A stretch of 44,263 nt of DNA, from positions 6,944,311 through 6,988,573 of the forward strand of contig NC_057758.1 of assembly GCF_004010195.1 (NCBI RefSeq). The letters are read 5' to 3'. Below the pieces are notes generated by a model. It saw nothing but the letters and a program-made list of their open reading frames with translations. It made no database searches and was not told where the DNA came from. Made by a program: the position numbers and the translations under genes. This DNA is from Chiloscyllium plagiosum (Eukaryota). Numbering within the stretch: position 1 is the stretch's first letter; each line of letters starts with the position of its first letter. Positions 22,733 to 31,671 of the stretch are shown here, piece by piece.

Positions 22733-24150
22733 GTTCACCTTCCTTATTTCGTATACTTCTTGCATTGAAGTATACACACTTCAAGTCACTTTCCTGTTTA
22801 CAGGCACCCTCCTTTGAGATTGATGCCATGTTCCTAACCTCCCTATACTCCAGTCCTGCACCCTAAAGCTTCAGTCTGGGTTCCCATGCCCCTGCAGAGT
22901 TAGTTTAAACCACCCCCAACAGCACTTGCAAACCTCCCACCAAGGATACTGGTGCCCCTCAGGTTCAGGTACAGACCTTCCTGTTTATAGAGGTCCCACC
23001 TTCCCCAGAAAGAACCCCAGTTATCCAAATACCGGAATCCCTCCCTCCTGCACCATCCCTGTAGCCACGCATTTAACTGTTCTCTCTCCCTATTCCTCGA
23101 CCCTCTATCACGTGGCACGGGTAACAAGCCAGAGACAACAACTCTGTTCGTTCTAACTTTGAGCTTCCAACCTAGCTCCCTGAAAGCCTGCCTAACATCC
23201 TCAGCGCTCCTCCTACCTATGTCATTGGTGCCAATGTGGACTACGACTTCGGGCTGCTCCCTCTCCCCCTTAAGGACCCGGAAAACACGATCAGAGACAT
23301 CACGTACCCTTGCACCTGGGAGGCAACATACCAAACGTGAGTCTCTCTCGTTCCCACAAAACCGCCTATCTGTGCCCCGAACTATCGAGTCCCCAATTAC
23401 TATTGCTCTGCTCTTCTCCACCCTTCCCTTCTGAGTAACGGGGACAGGCTCCGTGCCAGAGGCCTGAGCCCCGTTACTTACCCCTGGTATGTCGTCCCCC
23501 CCACAAGTATCCAAAACGGTATACTTGTTCTTGAGGGGAACGGCCGCAGGGAGTCCCTGCACTGGCTGCTTCCTCTCAGTCCCCCTCACTGTCACCCATC
23601 TATCTGCCATCTTTGGAGTTACTACTTCCCTCAAGCTCTGATCTATGACCCCCTCTGCCTCCCGAATGATCTTAAGTTCATCAAACTCCAGCTCCAGTTC
23701 CCTAACACGGTCTTGGAGGAGCTGGAGATGGGTGCACTTCCTGCAAGTGTAATCAGCAGGGACGCCATGGCATTCCCTCACCTCAAACATGTTGCAAGAG
23801 GAACATTGCACTGACTTCACTGCCATCCCTCTGAAAGTAACCTTTTATAAAAAAAAAACTGGGTCTAAAGAATACAACAAGCAAAATGCAGCACTTACCT
23901 ACTTACCACATCGGGTCTTATTATTTAGGTTAGCGGAGGAGGGCGCGTGGGAGGCACTACCTCTGTAGTGCCTCGGGTTCTTCTCCTGCGCGCTTTTAAA
24001 GGGAAAAAAAACCTACCCGGCTGCCCCTCTGGTCTTCGGCACTTCCCCCTGCTGCTCCCGCTCTTTCTGTAACGAGAGAAAAAACACCGCTGCCCGCTAC
24101 CGGTAAGTAATTTTAAAACAAACTGTCTTACCTTAGCTGCTGTTCGCACT
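22733..24150 (-). mobile_element. Young CR1 LINE, 5' end (5'UTR, ORF1, start of ORF2); the remainder runs into the gap
   Basis: Intact ORF1, then ORF2 start LKCVYFNARSIRNK.GE; sharp junction at 24150/24151 to sequence that is uninterrupted in units C and D. Confidence 0.95.
22900..23826 (-). CDS. CR1 ORF1 protein (zinc finger/leucine zipper plus SGNH esterase-like domain), 308 aa, intact
   Basis: CSSC..CRKC, coiled coil LQDRVRELELEFDEL, IGDS, PGA, HIGTND, DNW; no stops. Confidence 0.93.
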   Translation of the reverse strand: MAVKSVQCSSCNMFEVRECHGVPADYTCRKCTHLQLLQDRVRELELEFDELKIIREAEGVIDQSLREVVTPKMADRWVTVRGTERKQPVQGLPAAVPLKNKYTVLDTCGGDDIPGVSNGAQASGTEPVPVTQKGRVEKSRAIVIGDSIVRGTDRRFCGNERDSRLVCCLPGARVRDVSDRVFRVLKGEREQPEVVVHIGTNDIGRRSAEDVRQAFRELGWKLKVRTNRVVVSGLLPVPRDRGSRNREREQLNAWLQGWCRREGFRYLDNWGSFWGRWDLYKQEGLYLNLRGTSILGGRFASAVGGGLN

Positions 24151-24648
24151 CATTCCTCTCTAGGGTCTCATGAAGCTTCTCCACGCCCTGGTCACAGCCC
24201 AGATTATCCTCGGTGTCTTCGCAATGCATCGCGACATTGTTATCAAATGGAGAGTCGTCCCTGTTGAAAACTGGTCACTTGTTCACACCGATTGCCTTCA
24301 CCAGGAACCACTCATTGGGCTCCTGTTCGTCTGACGTCGCTGTACCCCAATCACCGATATACAAACAGGATCTGCAGTTTATGAAAGAAAAACACAAAGA
24401 TTGAAAAGACACTGCAAGTCTCCCTATTCGTCAGCTGACTTACCATTGCCTATTGCCATCACCTCCCCCACCATTCGCCATCTTCATCACCAGTCTACCT
24501 ACTCATCCCATGAACGTGCCCTGCGAAGACCAGGGTAAAGTACTTTAATGAAGGCATGGTGCCTGTGAGAGTTTAAAACATATTTCCCCGACGGTTGCTC
24601 GACTATTCCCCGAGAGATTACAATTATGGTCCGTTGTCTAGGTGAAAT
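24151..24648 (-). pseudogene. Putative pseudogene Z: exon-like 24648-24444 and 24371-24151, continuing in 22055-~22000
   Basis: Acceptor 'catttagtag|', donor 'aatg|gtaagt', 72-nt intron with 'tttttctttcataaactgcag|'. The 205-nt first exon gives phase 1, and the next exon reads DPVCISVIGVQRR in that phase. Internal stops present. Confidence 0.4.
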
Positions 24649-24699
24649 CTACTAAATGTCAATGAGAGTGGTGAGTGCCTTTGTCCCCTTCATTTTACA

Positions 24700-25520
24700 T
24701 CCCTGTATCAACCGGTAAACGAATTGCACTGCCCTTCCCTCTTCCCACACTCCAGTATCAATCCCCAAACTAATCTACTTGCTCCGCTCTCTCCCCATAG
24801 CCCTGTATCATTTACCAAAATGAAATCTCTGATCCATGATGATCTCATTTCCTTTCTTCTCCCCTTTTCTCCCTCTCTCCTCGTGCTCTGACCACATCCT
24901 GCCACTTCTCCCTCTCTCTCTCTCTTTTGCTCACGCCCCCGCACACCCTTCGCTCTCACTTTCGCCTTCTTACCTCCCCCATCGCCGTCACGCTCTGTCA
25001 CATCTCCTTGCGCTGTGACCCTTCTTGATATGTTGTTCTTACGCTCTGCTCTTCCCCTGCCATTTCTCGGGCCCTCGATCACTCTCACACACGTCTCTCT
25101 CACTTTCTTACTGCCACACCTCCCGCGGTGGCTCTCGACGTCTGCCTGCCCTTCCCTGCTGTCCCTCTCTGCTATGCTGTTTCACCCCCATTGCTGTCAC
25201 ATTCTTCCCTCCTGCCACAGCCACAAACCCCGCAGTTGCTCTCGCCCTCTGCCCTTTCCCCAATCGCTCTCGACCTCTACCCGCCCTCCCCTGCCATCTC
25301 TGTCCCTCCCTGCTACCCCCATTCACACACCGTCTCCCACGAACCCTGTTTCCCTCACATTGTACTCCACCCCCCAGTCGGTCTAGTGCTGGGTCCCCCT
25401 AGTGTTCTCTTGCTCTTCCCTATCTCACAACCATCCACCCTTTGTTTTTGCACTCTCCAATCCACACTGGCAAGCTCTGCAACAAACCTCCCCCACACCC
25501 CCCACCCCGCCACCCGCCTG
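24700..25520. repeat. Pyrimidine-rich low-complexity tract (inverted purine-rich copy ~35010-35820)
   Basis: Strong C/T skew with many ctctc/cccc runs. Confidence 0.85.
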
Positions 25521-25707
25521 GCCCTGCCTCGACGCAACATTGTTTTGCTGATACAAACTAGTTGGTTAAAAGGGCCTCTTAAATACCATCTGATTCCCAT
25601 GGGAACTATCACACGCCAATTGTGCATACATACTTTTGCATGGACTGTTGTGCGACTATAGCCGGCCATGCACACGCGAGCATGGACATACCCTCACACT
25701 CTAACAT

Positions 25708-25741
25708 TCTCTCTCTCTCTCTCACTCACACACACACACTC
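25708..25741. repeat. Compound (CT)n(CA)n microsatellite (inverted copy ~34784-34817)
   Basis: tctctctctctctcactcacacacacacactc. Confidence 0.9.
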
Positions 25742-26269
25742 ATTCTCTGGCCTTCCCTGTTTATGTTTGGATGGGAACTCACTCTGTACTCTGTTTCCAG
25801 ATTGCATTGTGATGTCAGAATTTCCTAAAAAACCCGCCCATCGTCAGGCCAAGATCTTCCTGATTGTACGTGGAGTGTAGAGAAACACATTCCTGGTCAC
25901 CCCCATTGAAATGGTCAGCGCAGAGGGAAGACACCGGGTTTGGGGCAGGGGTAGGAGAACACTGCACCGTTCAGAAAAGGCCCGAACATCAGGGGAGGAC
26001 CGTCAATGACAATTTCTGTCTGACAGCCACATGGATAGAATGATCAGACTGTGTATCTGGAACAAAAATACTGTACGGTCGTGGACCCTGTCAAATATGC
26101 AGCGCTCAGTCACATTCCAACTTGTAACTCACTCTTCAGTATCCGTTATCTTATAGAAGTCACCTTTATACCTCTCAATTACTTTCCAGTCTGTAACACA
26201 TACCCCAATGAAATGTTCGATTGTTTACTGGACACAGAATGATCAGCCCCTTTGTCCCACCACATTTGT

Positions 26270-27140
26270 GTCGGTTTTGCTGCCATTCCAAACTCATCCC
26301 ACCAGCCTGCATATGCTCCCTATCCCTTTATCCCCTGCCTTTTCACATGTCTATCCAAATGCCTCTTAAACATTGCGATCATATCTGATTTTCCCACCTT
26401 CCCTGGTTTTAGGGTCCAGGCACCGACCACTTTCTTTTTTTAAAAGAAATTCTCGTCATCTCCTTTCGACCTTATCTTCTCACCTTAATTCTTTCTTCCC
26501 TATTATTTGACACATCCACGTGAATGAAAGAATGGCTAACTACCCTATCATTTCCTCTCATAATTTTATGTGCTTCTATCAATTTGTCCCTCAACATTCG
26601 ACGCTGTCGTGAATACACTGCAAGTTTGTGCAGGTGAACGTGAGAACTGTAGATACTGGAGATCAGAATCTACACTTGAGTGATGCTGGAAATTCACAGC
26701 ATGTCAGGCATCACCCGAAGCGCAGGATCATCGATGTTTCAGGCAAACAACCTTCATCAGGAATGAGGCAGGGACCCTCCGGGGTGGAGAGATCGTTTGC
26801 CGACTTTCCTTTTAGCTAATCCACTCTCATTCAGACAATATCTTCGTGAACATTTCTTGCCCTATGTCCAAAGCCCGCACAATCTCCCTGCATTACGACG
26901 ACCAGAACTGCATGCAGTAATCCAATGGTGGACAAGTTAAAGTTTTATACAGCTGTAACATGCGAACTCAAAGCCCTGACTGATGAAAGACAGCATGCTA
27001 TAGGCCGTCTTTATCACCTTGTTCACTTGCGTTGCCACTTTCAGGGAGCTGTGGCCGTGCACCACAAGATCCGTCTGGATATCAATGCAATTCAGAGTCC
27101 TGGCATTTACTGTATTTCCTCTTGCATTTGATCTACCCTT
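26270..27140 (-). mobile_element. Old CR1 3' fragment interrupted by a Penelope-like repeat (mirror ~33400-34260, +)
   Basis: The mirror copy reads DKLIEAHKIMRGNDRV and 'ttggattactgcacgcagttctg' (LDYCTQF), CR1 ORF2 C-terminal motifs. Confidence 0.7.
26635..26792 (-). mobile_element. Penelope-like terminal repeat with a degenerate hammerhead ribozyme core (mirror ~33747-33900, +)
   Basis: Minus strand 26760-26736 reads CUGAUGA-AGG-uuguuug-CCU-GAAAC. Confidence 0.65.
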
Positions 27141-28374
27141 ACCTCATCTTCAGTATTGTATAACATTTCGAAATACTAATTCTGCTTAATGTTCAGTTCA
27201 AAATGTTGGTCACTGTGTCCCAATGTCTCTCCAACGCCATTCAATCATATCCATTTCTCAATTGCTTTTAAGAATATAAAACACATTCAGATTGACTCTC
27301 TTTAATTCAGTGTTCATTTTTAAAAGAACAATTATTCCTTGCTCCATTGTCACTTTTGTTCCTCATATTGACACGAACAGGAAACAGGCTGACACCATTC
27401 TACTCACAAAGTCAGATGTGGTGGGCAATGTTTCATGGAGCCCCATCACCATCCCAGTATATATCCTGTCCCAACGGCAGGACAGATCCACCAGTGGTGG
27501 GGAACCCGTGGGGGACAATCAGGAAAGCAGTTACCCTGGTATACCCCAAAATTGCTTCCAGAACCCGGGAAATCTCATGGTAACAGATCACAGATGGTCA
27601 AGAAAATCACCTGATGATGGATATCTACTACCACCCATACCTCTCCTCTGTGATAAATCAGTTCCCTCCATGTTGGAAACCAATCAGAGGAATCACTGAA
27701 GGTGACAACGACACAGAACGTACTCTGGATTGGGTCTTCAAAATCCATTACCAAGAGTGTCTAGACAGGCCCACCAGACTGAGCAGGTTAAAAATCACAA
27801 ACAGACATCAGCCAGAGTGTTAGAAGTGATGGGGGAACCAGGAAGGGAGGAATAATCTCTCCAACCTACTTATCACAGATGGATCTGTCGCAAACGGTAT
27901 CTGAAGTAGCAGCGAGAACACCGTCCAGGCGTAGGGAAAGCCTCAGCCTCATTTTGAAGACACTGCCAAATTTGTTCTCTGGCTCTATCGCCTGCGAAGT
28001 AGGACATAGGTCTAAATGACCGAGCAAATGGAAACTGGGCATCCATGAAGCACTGTGGGCTATCGACAGCTGCAGCATCTCTGGCCTTCCCTCCATCATA
28101 AAGTCAAAAATGGACTGATCACTGTTGGTTCCAAAGAGTTTAGCATCATTCACAACGACACTATACTGAAGCAGGATATTCATCCCATCAAGAGTTTTGA
28201 ACAGGAGAAGGATGAGGTCATTCAGCCAGTCGAGCCTGTTACTCAGCAATTGGATCACATCTTTTAATCTCTCATATCTGTGACATAAGAAATGGAAGGG
28301 AATACGCAGCCTCTCAAGGCTGCTACACAGGAACATGGGGAGGATGGGTTACCTTGCGGAAGCATAGGATATAT

Positions 28375-29507
28375 ATGAGATTAATCAGTATATATCAGTT
28401 TCACAATGAACAGTGCTGCGGCCTCAAATACTTGCAACCAATATCAACAGTTTGCATAAATGGAAAAAAATGTGTTCGAACTAAAGATAAAATGACACTA
28501 AGATAGACATGAACTGAAATTATCGAGACGAATTCAAGAAGCTGTAAATGGATAAGCGATAAACAACAACTTGGTAGGTAGAATGTAGTGTGGGTCAATA
28601 TGAACCTGTGCTTTTTTATTCCCAGGAAGATTAAAGGGCCATATATTACATAAATGGAGAGAGGTAACAAGACTTAATGATACACTGAGTACTGTAACGT
28701 TCACTCTGACCCAATCAGACATTAGAATTCTTGCTTCATCTCCCTGATGGTCTATTCACTGATGCTCCCAGTGGCCCCATTGGTCTCGGTATACGTGGGA
28801 TATTTTGATGTGGTTGGTTGGCTACCGGGAGGGGAGGGTGTTTTTTTTTTGGCAAAAGGCAATCTTTTCCTTCGACGTGGAGACCCTAAGATGATGGGAA
28901 TGGCTGACTGCTTCTGAATGAAGAGNNNNNNNNNNNNNNNNNNNNNNNNNNNNNNNATATGGGATTAATTAGTATATATCAGTTTCAAAATGAACAGTGC
29001 TGCGGCCTCAAATATTTGCAAACAATATCAACAGTTTGCATAAATGGAAAAAAATATGTTCGAACTAAAGATAAAATGACACTAAGATAGACAGGAACTG
29101 AAATTATCGAGAGGAATTCAAGAATCTGTAAATGGATAAGCGATAAACAACAACTTGGTAGATAGAATGTAGTGTGGGTCAATATGAACCTGTGCTTTTT
29201 TTTCCCAGGAAGATTTAAGGGCCATATATTACATAAATGGAGAGAGGTAACAAGACTTAATGAAACACTGAGTACTGTAACGTTCACTCTGACCCAATCA
29301 GACATTAGAATTCTTGCTTCATCTCCCTGATGGTCTTTTCACTGATGCTCCCAGTGGCCCCATTGTTCTCAGTATACGTGGGATTTTTTGATGTGGTTGG
29401 TTGGCTACCGGGAGGGGAGGGTGTTTTTTTTTGCCAAAAGGCCATCTTTTCCTTCAACGTGGAGACCCTAAGATGATGGGAATGGCTGACTGCTTCTGAA
29501 TGAAGAG
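28375..29507. repeat. Direct duplication of ~550 bp either side of a 31-N gap (28926-28956)
   Basis: 28375-28925 is colinear with 28957-29507 with scattered substitutions; single copy in the inverted arm. Confidence 0.92.
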
Positions 29508-30902
29508 CCTGTGGGTTGTCACCAACATGATGCACGGTGCATGGTCATACAAAAACATTAAAATCGTGAGAGACGGAGGGTCCATTCACAAGAATTAGAA
29601 CAAAATGCATTGCAAGTTCAGCTGACGTGGTTAGTTATATCACATTCTTATTCCAGCTCACAAAATCAGCCCATACACCATAAGCACAGCGGACATGCAT
29701 GTTCACCATGGAACATTGTGTCGAGCAGGCTCTCAGTCTGCTCAGTACAACTCAGCAATCTGTCCAGAGTGGAACACTGAGAAGACTCATACATTGCCCT
29801 GGTCAATGTTATCCAGTAATCTGTCCTGAATGAAACACTGCTCAGATAATATCAGAGCATTGATCTCTAAACCCGGGATAGATATCTGTTCAGTAACGGG
29901 AGCTGCAGACCACAGCAGTAGAATGATTTCAAAACCTCAACTGGAATGTCTGAACATTACACAGAACTGTGCAGCGAGCACTGGTGAATTGTTCTGTAAA
30001 CCATGTACCACTTATCCTCCCAGCATGGAGAGCTATGTACACCATCGCTGTTCAATCGTCGCCAAAACTGTGTCTGATCGCTGCCCAGCGTCAGGAAACT
30101 TGTGCCCATACTGGAAGTGACAAGATGTGCAGCTCCCATTCATTTACAGCTCCATGTCTCCATTGTGCCATGACCAGGGGTGCTGCTGGTGTGAAGATCG
30201 TTGCCAGAGAGCGATTGGGGGGAATCATTTATAAAACCGACAAATGGGAGGGGTTTGGAATATAGACAGAGACGGGAAGATCGATAGACATGTCATGGAA
30301 TGATGTGTACATAGGTTTCAGAATGCTGAAACGTCGACATTTCCATTAGATCGTGTAACAGGAGCCAATATTCCCAAGAATGATGGTCAACAGCACACTG
30401 GTGTGAGTTCAGACGATGGAGAGTTTTGAATGGACATTTGCACTGCAACTTTCCAACAATAATTTGGCTCCGTGGCATTTTCACCGAGTGTGACAACGGG
30501 ATTGTGTACATGAGGCCGAGCTAGATTCCTCGTGCTATCTTAACGAATGCATCTCATTAACTACATATCCCACCACATTGTGTCTCTCTCATTTATTACT
30601 ATCCCGATTCTCCCACCCATAACAGCTGCATGTACTCACTATCGCCCCAATGTCCCTAGTTATTTCGTGATCCCTGGCAATGATGCCAACTTTAAAAGAC
30701 TAATGGGCACACGGTTGAGCTTTCTCATCTCGGAGCTGCACTGCACGTTTTAATGCGAGCCTCGAAGATCAGCGGCAATTACAACACGATTTGTCGACAG
30801 GGGCACAGCCGTCCTTTTGATGTGGTAGTACAGAGGAGGCCCCACCACCAGGTCACCGACCAAGTCTGAGCTCACCACGCAAATCAGTGCAGTATCTGTG
30901 GT
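29305..30902 (-). pseudogene. Putative pseudogene Y: exon-like 30902-~30640, 30185-~30008, 29508-~29320
   Basis: Acceptors 'catttctccag|', 'cttcacaccag|' and 'acccacag|'; donor '|gtgagt' at 30639; frames TTDTALICVVSSDLVGDLVVGPPLYYHIKR, APLVMAQWRHGAVNEWELHIL and LFIQKQSAIPIILGS. Confidence 0.35.
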
Positions 30903-31049
30903 CTGGAGAAATGTCCAGCCACACAGGACAAGTATCAATAACCTTCACTGTTTTGTCAGAATAAGTGTAACCATATTCTGTCTACTCCCTAACGCTCACT
31001 GTATATCTGTGATAGCACCGACCCACGAAAAAGACTCATACTCCAGCAT

Positions 31050-31171
31050 GGAGAAAGTGAGGACTGCAGATGCTGTGATCAGTCAATATTAGAGTGGTGC
31101 GGGAAAACCACAACAAGTCAGGCAGCATCTGAGGATCAGGAAAGTCGACATTTCGGGAAAAAAACCCTTCA
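31050..31171. mobile_element. Penelope-like terminal repeat cut by the gap
   Basis: gagaaagtgaggactgcagatgctg...gtcaggcagcatctgaggatcaggaaagtcgacatttcgggaaaaaaacccttca. Confidence 0.65.
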
Positions 31172-31671
31172 NNNNNNNNNNNNNNNNNNNNNNNNNNNNN
31201 NNNNNNNNNNNNNNNNNNNNNNNNNNNNNNNNNNNNNNNNNNNNNNNNNNNNNNNNNNNNNNNNNNNNNNNNNNNNNNNNNNNNNNNNNNNNNNNNNNNN
31301 NNNNNNNNNNNNNNNNNNNNNNNNNNNNNNNNNNNNNNNNNNNNNNNNNNNNNNNNNNNNNNNNNNNNNNNNNNNNNNNNNNNNNNNNNNNNNNNNNNNN
31401 NNNNNNNNNNNNNNNNNNNNNNNNNNNNNNNNNNNNNNNNNNNNNNNNNNNNNNNNNNNNNNNNNNNNNNNNNNNNNNNNNNNNNNNNNNNNNNNNNNNN
31501 NNNNNNNNNNNNNNNNNNNNNNNNNNNNNNNNNNNNNNNNNNNNNNNNNNNNNNNNNNNNNNNNNNNNNNNNNNNNNNNNNNNNNNNNNNNNNNNNNNNN
31601 NNNNNNNNNNNNNNNNNNNNNNNNNNNNNNNNNNNNNNNNNNNNNNNNNNNNNNNNNNNNNNNNNNNNNNN
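31172..31671. other. Assembly gap (500 N) at the axis of the inverted duplication
   Basis: Run of N. Confidence 1.

Larger units (their letters stand above)
25521..28266 (+). pseudogene. Putative pseudogene X: exon-like ~25521-25675, 25801-~26120, 27381-~28100
   Basis: Acceptors 'ctctgtactctgtttccag|' (25800) and 'gacacgaacag|' (27380); long frames interrupted mostly by TGA/TAG; mirrored at ~35005-32560. Confidence 0.4.

Noticed and set aside
24708..25661. Overlapping 120-177 aa ORFs rich in P/S/L or R/G/E
   Set aside because: By-product of a low-complexity, stop-poor tract; only the last ~45 codons of 25128-25661 were kept as exon-like.
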